DNA of 63,365 nucleotides, counting the filler, from Saprolegnia diclina VS20 (Eukaryota): the NCBI RefSeq assembly GCF_000281045.1. It is 7 parts of 3 records of this genome, joined end to end, with 100 filler letters (N's around TTAATTAATTAA, not from the genome) between each part and the next. Parts side by side here need not be neighbours in the genome. Positions count along the whole stretch, not along the records: positions 1 to 28,846 come from NW_008246130.1; 6 more parts are not named here. One strand, written 5' to 3'. Shown in pieces: positions 11,574 to 24,142 of the stretch; the first letter of the stretch is position 1; every line of letters begins with the position of its first letter. A program made the translations under genes and the position numbers. The notes beneath the pieces were generated by a model. The model was not told the origin of the DNA and made no database searches. It was given only the letters and a program-made list of their open reading frames with translations.

Positions 11574-12617
11574 ATGGCGCGGCCGACTGCGACTCCAGAC
11601 GCTGCCCTCCGGCGCGGGCCCGTCACGAGCGAGAAGCCTGCGCGCAAGCGCCGCCTGGAAACGCGCGTGGCCTCTGTGAAGAAACTCAAGATCACGAAGG
11701 CACCGGCCAAACCTCTCAGCGATACTCGATCGGCGGAGCTTGCAGCCGAGTTCGTGGACCACGACGTCGCATCGGTCTACAAGGTAATTCACAAGACGAC
11801 GGGCGCGCTGGGTGGCAACGCTGCGGGCGGTGCTATCTACGGCGAGATTACGCGCAACTCAATGGGCAAGATCCTCGAGTACATGCAGGAGCACTGCGAG
11901 CTCGGCCGCGACTCGGTGTTCTTGGACATTGGCAGCGGCCTCGGAAAGCCCAACTTCCACGCCTCGATTACGCCTGGCGTTGCAATCTCGTACGGCATTG
12001 AGCTTGAAGATCAGCGCTGGCAGCTCAGCTTGTCGAACCTCCAGGGTGTGCTCAAGACGTCAGCTCTGTATCCGAAAGTCAACCCAGTCATCTTTACGCA
12101 AGGCGACATCACTGACGCCCTGTCGCTCGAGCCGTTCTCGCACGTCTATAGCTTCGACGTTGGCTTCCCGCCCGCAGTCATGGCGCACGTTGCCGAATGC
12201 TTCAATGAGAGCGTATCGGCGCGCTACTTCATCAGCTTTCATCAACCGCGCAAGGTCCTCGAGCAATACGGCTTCGAGGTCGATGAGATCGGTCGCCTCG
12301 GTACGTCCATGGCAGGCTCGAGCGAAGGCCACACGGTCTACTTCTACCGCAAAACAGCGCTGCCCACACGCACAAAAGAGACGAAGGAAAAGAAGGTCGA
12401 CCCGCTCTTCGGCGCCGGCTTCCATGTTGTGCAGCAAGGACACGACGCAGTGCTATCGTGGGTCGAGGCTCAATTTTCCCAACGCTTCAGCCAAGGCCGG
12501 ACACGCCGCCAAGTACAGCTCGCTAAAGCCGCAACTCCTTCTAGCTTGCGCGAGAAGAAACTCGAGACGTTCTACAAAGTTGTGCGTCGGGGACCTGCCA
12601 GCGTCAAGGCAAAGTAG
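11574..12617 (+). CDS. DOT1: DOT1-family class I SAM-dependent methyltransferase (histone H3K79 methyltransferase-like)
   Basis: Intronless 347-aa ORF with IYGEIT, FLDIGSGLGKP, YGIEL and GDI motifs, plus basic N- and C-terminal tails. Confidence 0.8.
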   Translation: MARPTATPDAALRRGPVTSEKPARKRRLETRVASVKKLKITKAPAKPLSDTRSAELAAEFVDHDVASVYKVIHKTTGALGGNAAGGAIYGEITRNSMGKILEYMQEHCELGRDSVFLDIGSGLGKPNFHASITPGVAISYGIELEDQRWQLSLSNLQGVLKTSALYPKVNPVIFTQGDITDALSLEPFSHVYSFDVGFPPAVMAHVAECFNESVSARYFISFHQPRKVLEQYGFEVDEIGRLGTSMAGSSEGHTVYFYRKTALPTRTKETKEKKVDPLFGAGFHVVQQGHDAVLSWVEAQFSQRFSQGRTRRQVQLAKAATPSSLREKKLETFYKVVRRGPASVKAK

Positions 12618-12693
12618 GTGCCGGACTTAAAGGGAGGAGTACGATAAGGTGCATAGTAATACATGCTGCATTTGACGAATATCTCTTATTCGA

Positions 12694-12960
12694 CTAGTCT
12701 GCCCAGCTGCTGGGCTTTCGTCTCGGCACGGACGTGCTCGCAGGACGTGTCGAAGATGGTGGGTCGATGGCGGCACCAGGCATCGTCGGGGCCACCGGGT
12801 CGTCCTTCTGGTGTGGCTTCTTTGTGAATTGGCGGTAGCGATACCAAAGCCAGAGTGTGCAGTAAGTAGACCATACGAATGTCGTCTGGCGGAAGGACGG
12901 CGAGACCTTGAGCGCGACCACGAACAGCACGGCAAGGACGAGGAAGACGTTGAGGTACAT
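12694..12960 (-). CDS. Small hypothetical membrane protein (~88 aa)
   Basis: ATG at 12960, hydrophobic MYLNVFLVLAVLFVVALK, a second hydrophobic stretch and a Pro/Ser-rich tail. Oriented head-to-head with the 13243 gene. Confidence 0.4.
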   Translation of the reverse strand: MYLNVFLVLAVLFVVALKVSPSFRQTTFVWSTYCTLWLWYRYRQFTKKPHQKDDPVAPTMPGAAIDPPSSTRPASTSVPRRKPSSWAD

Positions 12961-13242
12961 CGAAGGACGAAGAATTATGCCACCTGGCTCGACGTTTTTT
13001 ATACGGGGTCGACGGCCCCCAACGTCTTCATATTCGGCGCGTGTCACGATTTGTTAATTTAAGTACCGGTACCCGGGGGTGGCCCTTAAAAATATGGGGT
13101 GCTCGAAACAGCACCAAACGATATTATTATAGTATTAAAATGACAGTCATGATGGATCTATGCTTAACACTATTTGGTAGTATGTGGAAAATAGTGGGAT
13201 CTAGCAGGATAACAATCTTGGGCAGCCGCAGACGAGTGAATA

Positions 13243-13794
13243 ATGACTGGGTACGCCAAGCTCATCGCCGCCCTCGGCGAGAAGCCGCTGGAGAAGACGT
13301 CGGCCCTGGAGGTCGTTGACGAAGACATGGACACGCATGAATTCGACGCAGCCGAAGCCGCGGACAAAACGATGCGATGCGCAGACTTGCTCAGCCAAGC
13401 GCTCGAGGCCGCGCACACGCTCCAAAGCAACGACGGCGAGGCGCCGACGTACGACGCCATTATCAAGGATCTGCTTGCTATGGATGGCTCTGTCAAGGAG
13501 CTCACAAAGATGTCAAGCTCAATGGCGCATGGTCTCAAGGCAAGCCGCAGCTTGCTTGGTGGTGCAGAGGTTGCTCTCGAGTTGTCGGACGAAGCCACCG
13601 AGGCACGCTTTGACGAGCTGTACATGGAAGGCTTTGCGTCGGCGTTTGGCGATGAGATCGACAAGTTCCGCCAAGACGACGCGTTCGAAGCAAAGGACGT
13701 GAGCTATCTCATTACGTGTATAAAGGCTGGGGGCGACGTCTTCTCGCCCATCGAAAAGTCCCTCTTCGTCACGTCCCGTGACTCGAAACAGTAG
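13243..13794 (+). CDS. Ribosome-assembly protein 3 (Rsa3)-domain protein
   Basis: C-terminal FDELYMEGFASAFGDEIDKFRQDDAFEAKDVSYLITCIKAGGDVF resembles the RSA3 domain pattern (F..YY.....EFGDDLDKLR...DF......L...LK.G...F). Confidence 0.65.
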   Translation: MTGYAKLIAALGEKPLEKTSALEVVDEDMDTHEFDAAEAADKTMRCADLLSQALEAAHTLQSNDGEAPTYDAIIKDLLAMDGSVKELTKMSSSMAHGLKASRSLLGGAEVALELSDEATEARFDELYMEGFASAFGDEIDKFRQDDAFEAKDVSYLITCIKAGGDVFSPIEKSLFVTSRDSKQ

Positions 13795-13847
13795 ACTTCA
13801 TCGTAATATATAGCACACATTAACGAGACCAGTCGCTATCTTGGGCG

Positions 13848-16153
13848 TTAGGCCGTCACGACCATGCGCAGCAGCTTAAGCGCCTTGTCTTCGTTCTTGG
13901 CGATCGTAGCCTTGAGCGTGTTGATCTTGTGCAGCTGCTCCTTGATCTGCTCGTCCACCTCGACGAGTTGCAGGTTGAGCGGCTGCAGCGCATCCTCCGA
14001 CTTCTTCTTCTCTTCCTCAAGCACGACGCACTTGCGCTCGTACTCTTTTTTCCAACTCTCGAGCTCCCGCGCCATCGCTTCCATGTCTTCGTACACGTAC
14101 TCGATGCACTTGCCGACGGGGTTTGTCGCCTGACAGATCTTCTGAATCGCGAGCCGAAGCTCGTTCATCTCCGCGACCGTCGACGTTCCGCTCTTGGTCT
14201 TCTCCTTGAAGGACTTGCGCCGTTTCCCGAGCCGGATGCCACCGTCGACGTCCTTGACATCTTCGTCGTCTTTGGCCTTGCGGTTCGCCTCTTCGTCCGC
14301 GGTTTGGTCCTTCAGGATGTTGCGCACAAGCTTGCCGTGACTGTCGTTGTCGCCACTTATCTCACGCCCTCGCCCAATGCTGTTGTCACCCTCGCCACCC
14401 TCGTCGTCGCTCTCAGCGTTGTCGCCGTCCTTCATGATGCCCACCGTCGGCGTCGCCTTGTCGTCGCGCACTAGTCGACCGACCTACATGCAGCTACGTG
14501 TAGGCAATTGATTTTTATGTCTGCTCGCACCTCCTTGACGTTTTCCTTTAGCTTGGGCGGGCGCCGGCGCGCGGTCGTTGGTCGTGCCGTGCGGTTGGCA
14601 GTACCAGGTTTGACATCGTCCTCATCGTTATCGGGTGCCTTTGTCTTGAGGTCCGCGTCATCATCGAGACCTGTGACCGTGAGTGGTTTCATTGGCCCAG
14701 GTCCTGCTGCTGCAGGCTCCGGCTCCTTTGCTTTTGGCTGCGCCTTCGCTTCCTTCTTGGCGTCAGCAGCTGGTTGGTCGTCGGTGCGTGGCGCTGCCAC
14801 TGATGGTCGTTTGGACTTGGACTCGGCCGAGCGTGAAGGCTGCAATGTCGTGTCGCCAGCCAGCACGCGCTGCACTGAGGCGCTTGCGTTGCCGCTAGAA
14901 CCAAGTCATCGAGTAGTGACGCATCACATCCACGATACACACGTACGCTTTGGCAGCGACAGCCAAAAGCTGCAGAAACTTGTTGGTTTCTTCGGGCTCG
15001 AGGCCCGCGACGATCTTTGCAGGCTTGGCCTCGATCTCGACGTTGAGGTGTACGCTAACGCAGCTGAGAATCTTTTGGAGATAGTCGATCTTGGGCTGCT
15101 TCTCTTTGATCGCGTTCGAGTCGAGCTCGTCGCCCGCGTAAAGTCCATCCGCAAACCCTGTCGCGCGCGCGATTTCCGAGACAATATCATGGAGGAATCG
15201 GAACGGCGGTTTGCCCAAGAGCTTGGCCGACATTTTGGGCTTTGTAATGAGCTTCTCAATCACATCTTTTGTGCGCTCGACGTCACTGTTGCATTCACCA
15301 ATCTGCACGACATATGTATCTTCCAAAACGACCCAACAGCATGTCGCTTACCTGCGCGGCGTATTCGCTACTACCACCACCACCATTGTTGTCCTCGCGA
15401 GTCGCCTTGCTGTTGCTAGAAGGGCGGCTAGAGCTGCTCGCTGACGATGGCTTGGGTTCGGCCTCTTTCTCGCGGTCTTGCTTTGCTTTCTCTTCTTTGG
15501 CCCGTCGTGCACGCTCCTATGGACATGGAAATGGAATTTGGCGTACGCAACCAAGGACATACCCGAGCTTTCTCCTCCGCCTTGGCTTTTTCTTCGGCCT
15601 TAGCCTTCTCATCCGCTTCCTTCGACGCAGCATCGTCTTTCGGCGCTTCTTTAGCCGGCGGTGTCGATTCGCGTTTAGCCTCGGGTTTGGCTTCTGCCAC
15701 GGGTGCTGCACCGCCCGTGCTACCAGCAAGTGTTTCAGGTAGCGCAGGGTACGCCACCAGCGTCTTTTGTACAGCGCCACCCCAGTCGAGACCGGGGTTG
15801 GACGCAGCGGCTGCGAGGTCGGCGAGGAAGATGTTGGTATTTTCGGCCTCGAGACCGGCGACGATCTTGGCAGACCGGACGTCAATGTCGCGGCCATGGC
15901 ATTGACCAGCGCAATAAATCATCTTGTCGAGGAACTGCAGCTTTTGGTGTTTCTCCTTGATGTTGGCCGAGTCGAGCTCGAACTCGGTGTAGAGGCCCTT
16001 GGCAAACCCCGTGGCCGCGATGAGCGCCGTGAAGATGTCATGGATGAAGCGGAACGGCGGCTTGAGGAGGAGCTTCTCCGCAAGCTTCGGCTTGGGAATC
16101 AGCGGCTGGAGCGTCTCCTGCGTCTTCTTAATAAGCTCGTTCACGTCGCCCAT
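13848..16153 (-). CDS. IFT54: TRAF3IP1/MIP-T3/IFT54 intraflagellar transport protein with two tandem CH-like domains
   Basis: Two copies of KPK(L/M)..KLL.KPPFRF(I/L)HDI...TGF..GLY...ELDS..IKEK...KIVAGLE.E.TN.FL. Also ARPTTARRRPP, HGKLVRNIL and a C-terminal coiled coil IQKICQATNPVGKCIEYVYEDMEAM. Confidence 0.92.
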
Positions 16154-16252
16154 ACCAAAAGTTGTGAAAACGCGATCTTCACCCGCGACCCGTCGGCGTG
16201 GTTTTGTGCCGGATTTCGCTCGCCGTATCCGGACGGCAACAAAAGTCTCTGG

Positions 16253-16778
16253 ATGAGCGAGCTTGCCAAGGTCGCGGGCGGCCTCGCGCGCTTCGGCGGC
16301 CTCGTCTTCTGTGCGCTGCAACTTGGCGACGTGGTACTCTGCGTTGGACCGAGTATGCTTCCGACGCTCAACGAGCATGGTGACATCGTGCTCCTGGACA
16401 AGATCACCCCGCGCTTCCGGCGCCTGCGGAACGGTGAGGTGGTGATCGCCAAGTCGCCATCCAACTTCCGCCAGACGGTTTGCAAGCGCATTGTGGCGTC
16501 CGAGGGCGAAACGGTCGGCCTCAAGCATCGCTACAACTCGAGCCGCATTGAGATGAAGACTGTGCCCAAGGGCCACGTATGGCTCGAGGGCGACAACAAG
16601 AAGGACTCGCACGACTCGCGCTACTACGGCCCTGTTCCGTACGCGCTTATCCAAGGGCGCGTCGCCTTGCGCGTACGTATCTATGATGAGCGGCATTGGA
16701 TGCTGACGACGAGGATCGTAGATTTGGCCGCTCACGCAACTTGGGAGCCTTGCTAGTACGCCGCTGACGACCGATTAA
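16253..16778 (+). CDS. IMP1: Mitochondrial inner membrane protease subunit 1 (peptidase S26)
   Basis: GPSMLPT (catalytic Ser), VCKRI (catalytic Lys) and VPKGHVWLEGDN...DSRYYGPVP. Intron 16673-16721 restores IWPL. Confidence 0.9.
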
Positions 16779-16985
16779 TTTAGCCCACGTCACAATGATC
16801 ATGACGATGATGTAACGACGACTACAAAGCACTTTGGCGCGTGGACCACACTACTGGCTTATGGAGATGCGCAGCGCCGACCGGAGGCTCATGGGACTCG
16901 GAAGCGACCCGCGTGCTCCAGAAAGGCGCACCATATCCGGAAGAAGCCGGTGTCGGTTTTGGATCGCACACTTGAGTTCTTGCAG

Positions 16986-17864
16986 ATGCACGGCCTACGA
17001 TCGACGAGCCAACGCGTGCTTCGCGGCGCCAAGACTTTCATGTCCTTCGGCAGCCCGACGGGCAGCGTCGTGCCCATGGTGCTCGAGCAAAGCCCCCGGG
17101 GCGAGCGTGTCTACGATATCTACTCGCGTCTCCTCAAGGAGCGCATCATCTTTCTTCACGGTCCCGTGAACGACCACACGGCCTGCTTGATCACGGCCCA
17201 GCTGCTCTACCTCGAAAGCGTAAACTGCCAAGAGGCAGTAAGATTACGGCTCCGACATTGGGCGCGTAGGAGCATCCGGAGAAGGACGTGTGCATGTACA
17301 TCAACAGCCCTGGCGGCGTCGTCACAGCGGGCCTCGCAATCTATGACACGATGCAGTACATTCAACCTCGCGTCCGCACACTCTGCATCGGACAAGCTGC
17401 GTCCATGGTGTTGCTTCTTTCACCGTCGTTTGTCCACCAATGTAGCTTTGTCGTGTAGGGCGCCCTACTGCTCGCTGGTGGCGCACCCGGCTGCCGCTCG
17501 GCGCTGCCCAACTCGCGCATCATGATTCACCAACCATCAGGTGGCGCTCAGGGCATGGCGAGCGACATTGCCATCCAAGCCGAAGAAATTTTGAAAACCC
17601 GAGCTCGGTGCGCCCTGGCCATTTGCAGTGCAGAATGCAACTATTTCGTAGCTTGAACACGCTGTACGCGCACCACTCGAACCAACACGTTGGCGTCATC
17701 GAGCAGGCGATGGACCGCGACAAGGTAAGCACCTCTTCCCGGTCACGTACTTTGATCGCGACTAGTTTATGGACCCCGACGCTGCGATCCGGTTCGGACT
17801 CATCGACACGATCTTGCAGCAGCGTAAGCGCCCCGTCGACCACGCCCACGAGCGCGTTGCGTGA
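16986..17864 (+). CDS. CLPP: ATP-dependent Clp protease proteolytic subunit (mitochondrial)
   Basis: [37 protein letters not shown] (Ser), MIHQP (His) and MDRD (Asp). Four introns. Start codon uncertain. Confidence 0.93.
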
Positions 17865-17904
17865 AGAATACAACTGTGAAACGTTTTATGTGTTATGGCG
17901 TTGC

Positions 17905-20900
17905 TTATTCATGGGGCGTCTTTGCTTGGGCCAGGAGGCCCCGAAGACTGAGGAGGTCAACGTCGCCAGAGTCAAATCCAAGCACGACTGTGTCGTCCTC
18001 GACAAAGACGCGCCGGATGATGAGGCGGCTACGCTGACGCGCAACTACGACACCAGAATCCAAAATCGAGTACAAATAGAACTGCGACTCGGTGCAAAGC
18101 AGCACAAGCGGCGGGCACGTGTGCTTACGGGGAACGTGCACGGCTTGCACGAAACGAACCGTTGCCGATGGTAGCGAGAATACACTCAGAAGCACGCCGT
18201 TGACGTCGACAGCAATGACGTCAACGCCTTCCCGCGTCTCGGACACGACCACGATATACGACTCGGGTGCGAGAATCGACGCGCTTGTCAAATGCAATGC
18301 CCGCCCGACGTTGGCGGCTACGTCGAAGCTTCGGAGCCACTTAGTCGCGTGGAGCGCAAAGAGTTGCACGAGGCCCGAGACCGTGGTCACAACAGCCAAG
18401 TCGACGTCCAGATTGACAGCCACGTTGGTTGCAGAAACGTCGCCGACGCCCAGCGTGCGATATGGGCGAACGATGGGAGGTACGCGGGGTGGGAGGTGCG
18501 TGTGTGGTGTCCAGAGAGACGACCAGAGTGCAGACCACTTGGTCGTCGAGGATGTTGGCGCTTCAGACGGCGAAACGGTGACTGTCGGAAAGAGCAACTC
18601 AAGGAGCACGGATTTGGTCCACACCTGCAAGACCCCTAAACACACCACGTTGAGTTCATATTGTGGGCACAAGAGCAACCGTGGCAATCAATCCAGATGC
18701 AAGCACCGCTGGACGTGGCGGCGCATGCCATGGGCTGGCCAGTGCGAAGAAACGCGGCGTTTGATGGTGCCACCACGACGCGTCCCGAGTCGATGTCAAC
18801 GCCGTAAACGGCGAGACCGTGCGTGATGTCAAGCAGCACGAAATAGCGACCTGGGCAGTGGGCTGGACCCACGTCCAAGACGATAGTCGGTGCACACGGC
18901 AGCGAAAGATGACTAGACATGACGAGGACGTCCGTGTCATCGAGGCGCTGCGATACAGTTCCGTCGTCCGAGACGACACACCCTTTCGCGTTGAGTACCC
19001 ACGCAATGGGCGACGGCGTCATCACGCGCGTGAGCGCCATTGCGGACGAAGCCGCAATTTGGCAGACAAAGCCGCGCGTCGGGTGCGGGGACGAAAATAC
19101 TTGGGGTGGCGTCTGGCCAAAGTACTGCATCTGCGTCGTCGCGGGATCCTGGTCTTGCGCCGCGAACGGACCAAAGTCCAGCGGCACGGGCGGCGCGTGC
19201 TCGGCGTAGGTAAGATGGAAGAAGACGTTGTTCGCAGCCCACGCAGCCGCGCCCGAGTTCTGATAGCCAAAGATGAGGTCGATCCACCTATTGTTTGCCG
19301 GCTTCAACCTGACGTGGACACAAATGTAGCAGACTTACGGTGCAATGTCGGCAGCTTCAAGATCGTGTCGTAGCTTGGCAAGAAACGCCATTGGCGTCGA
19401 GTCGTTCGGCAGGACAACGTCACCGACGACAGTGCCGTTCTGGCGCATACCGAGGGGTGACGGCGACGTGTAGACGCCAGGATGATAGAATAGCTCTGGC
19501 ACTAGCTCCTTGACGTCGGACGACGTGAGACAGTTGGTCCACGCTTCCGTGACCGAGTGAAAAAGCCGGTCTGCGTGGTCCAGTTTCCCTCCTACGGCTA
19601 GTGCTGGCACAAACAATAGAATTGCTCAATGTACACACCTTGAAGGTCCTTGGCGTACTGGGTGAACGGACGCAACCGTACAAGGAAGTAGAGGACCGAG
19701 CCCGTCGTCGAGTAGTGGGACCCAAAGAGAAACGGCGGCGGCGCATCGTCCAGCTCGGACGCCAGGGCAGACGCTCGTGCCTGGCATTGCGCGAGTCGAC
19801 TCGGATTAAGCGCGCCGATCGGCACGTGCAGCGGCCGTGGCGCACCAGCCACCGTTGGCTCAGAAACCCACGGCGCGACAAAGTACTGGTTCAAGTCATT
19901 GTACGTGCGTCCGGCCGCCGTGTTGACGAGCATGAGGTACTCCAGGTTCGAGATGCACTGGGACTGCCATCGACTCGTGGCCTCCATTGCCTCCAGATAG
20001 GCTCTCGGGGATGGCAAGGTTGGCTTTCTGAGCAGCGTCGACAGCTACTCAGCGCATCAGAGTATTCATGACGGAGAATACAAGGTAAGTACGCGAGTCA
20101 AGTCGGCCGGTACCAAATGTACTGCGCGTTGCACGAGACTTGCCAAGGCTAGCGGACGCGACGCTTCGTAGCACAGCGTACAGAGACGTTCCGACTCGAA
20201 GACTACCAGCCACGGCGCTCTCGGCGACCACCAAAAGATCTCGATGGCGACGCCAGCTTGAAGGAGGTAGCGGCGTCCCAGCGCGTACTTGATCTCGTCA
20301 ATGCCGGCCAACTTTCGTGAGCTCGACTCATGGGGCGCAAAGACGAAATGCGACGACGAGATCTCAAACCTGCCCGAAATATTGCCTCTGGCGCGAAGTA
20401 CGAGCGCATTCGCAACAAAGACCGAGTTGCCGGACGGAGTGGGGTCCCCTACAGCAAGTTATTTGCGATTGCGAGTGGTGTCCATCGTCGTGCGTACTTG
20501 TGACTTTCGCTGTCGCACGCGCTCGGAGCCGGGCCGAGTGCTGCCAGAGCTCCGTTGACGATCCGAGGGCCTCTGATAAGCTCTCAAAATGACGAGGTTG
20601 AGCCGTTGGCGACTCGTCAACGTGCTCGCGACATGGGGCGAGACGGGGACGCAATCGTGCAAGTCCAAACTCAGCTTTGTCAACGCGGTAGCACGGCACC
20701 AAGGCGTCCGTCTGCCACAAGGAATGCGACATGCTCACCCGCTTCAGCACCCGCCGAATGCACGCTGTGTCACCGACGGCCCGGCCAGCGTCATTATAGG
20801 GCACCGGGTCATTTGGCAGTGTAGGTGGTGTCCAGGGGGCCTCATCTTCATTTCCGTCTTCGACGACATTTGCCGATTTCGATGTGACCGAACAAAGCGG

Positions 20901-23900
20901 CGCGATTGCTGCTTCAAAAGCCGGCCCACGCACGATCGCATCGATTTGCTGCCGAACCTATTGAAAGCGTCACATGTAAGTAAAAAGGAAGTACAATGGC
21001 GGTCGCACCGAGGGCGAGAGGTCGCCGACGTCGGGGATCTGTCGAGCGAGGTGTGGCGGCAGCATATAGATGAGGCACTGGACCTTCTCAGCCGCCTGCG
21101 GGTGCTGCGCAAGCGTCGCGAGCAGCAGACACTTGAGAGCTATTGCTTCGGGTACGTCCATCTCGAGCCACGAGCCTTGGACCAGTAGCAAGTCTCGACG
21201 GTACGGATCACCGCCGGGGACACCACATTTCGGACACTCGTGGTCTAGTCCGAGGTACCGGCACGCCCCACAATATACAAAGTCATCCGCAGTGTATGCC
21301 ATCTCCTCAAGCGCGAGTACCCAGCCGGTAATACGTCGGAGAAAGCTCCAGTCCGTGACGGGCAGAGCCATGAGCGCTCGCCAAAGCGGCAGCAGCGACA
21401 AGACCCATGCGGGTGTATTGTCGAGCGTTGAGGCCGCGGCTAGAAACGCCGCAGCGTGCTTGGGCGGGCACATATCGCGGACTAGCGCGACCACGGATCG
21501 AACAATGCCAATTCGAGCGCACGCAGTCAATGCCTGATCGAGAAATGAAGTTGCGTCAACCTGGGCACTGAGCGCGTGCCCAATGCAGTGGCCGAGCAGC
21601 CGCGCCGTGCCATCGAGGACCGCAAGCCACTCTGCATCGCGGTCCCGCACAGACAAGCCGACGCGCGCGACATGCTGGACCATTGTGATGGGTGACGAAT
21701 GCCATCGCGAGAGTCGAGCGATGAGAGCGTCGGGGTTGGCGACGAGGAGGCCGATGCACTGTCGCTTGCAGCGCAGCGATGTCGATCGAATTGCGCACTC
21801 CAACAGAAGCGCAGGGTCTCGCAGTGACGCGAGCTCCGCCACGACTGGCATCGAATCGTCCAACACGACGCAGCGATCGGCGAGCGCGGAGACCGAGGCT
21901 CTGCGCAAATGGTGGTCTCGGGCGTATCTACGTAAAACACTATAAGAGGCGACAGACACAAGTGTTTCGTACGCCGCGAGCACACGCAATGCAGCGACGC
22001 GGGTCGACTTCAAGTGCGCGGCGCCAACGTGCTCAATCCACAAGTCACATTTATGGTCGATGTCGCAAGAGGCGCTTTCCGAGGCCAGCACGCGCTGGGC
22101 CCACCATGTAAGCACGTCGACGTTGCCGTGCTGCTTATCTTGAACTAAGTGCACGTGAAGCGCGTCCAGCGCAGACTCTGCGTGAGTCGGTGACCGGAAC
22201 AGGACGCGATCCACGATGCGCAGTACTTGCTCTCGCAACGACGCGCTGGCCGAGAAGCGCGTCAAGGTGTCGTACCAAAAGCGCATCTGTGGAATGTTCT
22301 CGATCGCCATCAAGCCCACGCACGCGTCGAGGTGAGCGAGGTAAAGCGTTTGCAAGTCGATGGAGCATCGGCACCTGAGGCGTTGTGAGGCAAGAGCTCC
22401 AAGGATCATCATCGTATTTCATACCACTGGCGGCTCGACAGCACGACTTGGAGCCACGGCGTGAGGTCCGATTGCGCTGGCAACGTCGCTGCTCGGACGA
22501 CAAGGGTGGTCGTGGCCTCAAACACGGCGCGAATGAGCGTAGCGGACAAGTGCTGCGAGTGGAGCCAGTGGCGCGCCCATAGATGGCCAAAAGTACCGAG
22601 GCTCGGGTTGTGCTGGAACGGAACGAGCGCCTCGTCGGCCGTCGCTGCGTCATTGCAGATTGCACGACAGATAAAGAGGAGCATCGGCGTACGGTCCCAT
22701 TCCTTGTCGGACTCTCGAGCTGTTGGTTGTTCGGGCGCGGCGATTGTACGCTCGAAGAAGGGCGTTAGCGACCAAAGAACACCACCGCTCGAGCGCAAGA
22801 CGTCAAGCACGTGCCTACAAATCAGTGACGTGTCCGAGATTTGAAACGAGCGGCCTACGTAAATGTCCAAAGGGCAACGCCGGGGGCGTCAACGGAAGTT
22901 CTTCGTGCAAAACGTGTGTTCTGCCCGTTCTCGGCCCAATTCGTGACGCTCGTCGAGTCGTAGGCCTCGTAGGCTGCGTCAAGCACGACGTATGACCGTG
23001 TCGGCGAAATCAATCGCATGGTGGCGACCCGGCCTTGCAATGGCACCGCCGACACCGCTGGGTTCAAAGAGGCCGCAACGCTCAACGAGTGCTTCGATGC
23101 AGCGGGCCAGGGTAGGGCCTCTGCGACGTCGACGACATTGCCATTGACACGACACGTGAGGAAGCCGTCAGAAAGCTCCAAGGCAATGAGGTTCCATCGA
23201 TCACTGATCTCAACGTCGATCTGTCGCGACGAACATGTTGCGACGCTCCACGTCGAGCAGATCTAATCCCAAATCACGCGATTGGTAGGACAGAGATCTT
23301 GTGTACCAGTGATTGGCCCGAAATGGCAAGGTCCAAGCCGCAACCTGACGCGTCGTTGCGCCAGCTCCATAACGTCATCTTGGCGCCTTCGATTGGATCG
23401 ACGCACACGCTTACGTCCAACTCAAAGCAGTCGCCATGATGGCACGTCATAGGAAAGCACAGTCCGGAGTGCCGACCAAAAAAGCTCCACGCCCGAACTA
23501 CACAAGAAACAAACTGACGGCGAGGCCTATCGGGAAGTGAATTGACCTGGCTGAGTCGGCAGGTCCATGAGAGACGCAAGCCACATCCATGGCGCTGCAG
23601 CTCTCGTCGAGTGGGCCAAAGTGAAGACGACGCGAAGCGCGTCGGCGTTGATCGCGTCGCGAAACACCGTGCTCAGGTGTCGCATCACGGCATCACCGTC
23701 CGTCGTGGACAGCCAGTGCGTTGAGATTGATCGTGTCAAGGACGCATTGCGGGCAACATGGCTGCATCGCAGCAACGGCAACCACGCGCGTGGCTCGGCG
23801 AGGTGCGTCGCGACCCAATGAGGCATGGCCTCGATGAGCTCGCTGCTGCTGCTGCAATAGCAGAAGTCGAGAAGAAGCTGTACGTCCGGCGTCTGAAGCT

Positions 23901-23970
23901 CTTCCCACTCGTCCGACGACGCCACGGACCTGCGTAATCTGCCCGACGTCATGCTGTCGTCAACTGCCAT
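17905..23970 (-). CDS. BEACH-domain protein (ConA-like/PH-BEACH-WD40; neurobeachin/LYST-like), multi-exon
   Basis: PH-like RRYLLQAGVAIEIF. BEACH motifs ISNLEYLMLVNTAAGRTYNDLNQY, FGSHYST, HADRLFHSV, DVKELVPELFY, WIDLIFGY and YFGQTPPQVF. Beta-rich WD-like C-terminus. Exon boundaries approximate. Confidence 0.85.
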
Positions 23971-24142
23971 GGGGATCTTGCCACGTCCCGATTGGACGGA
24001 GCCTTATCCGGCTTTTTTACCGGTTAAGCACCGAGACGCTGACACAACTGACCGCAACAAGGTGTTTGATTCAACGTTTCATAATACTGTACTATAAGGG
24101 TGGGAGTGGTGCCCTTAGTACTAGTACTGCACAAGGAGTGCC

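Noticed and set aside
15428..16756. Apparently overlapping long antisense ORFs (15428-16735 minus, 15767-16756 plus)
   Set aside because: The real starts are 16153 (IFT54) and 16253 (IMP1). The extensions are antisense read-through of GC-rich coding sequence.
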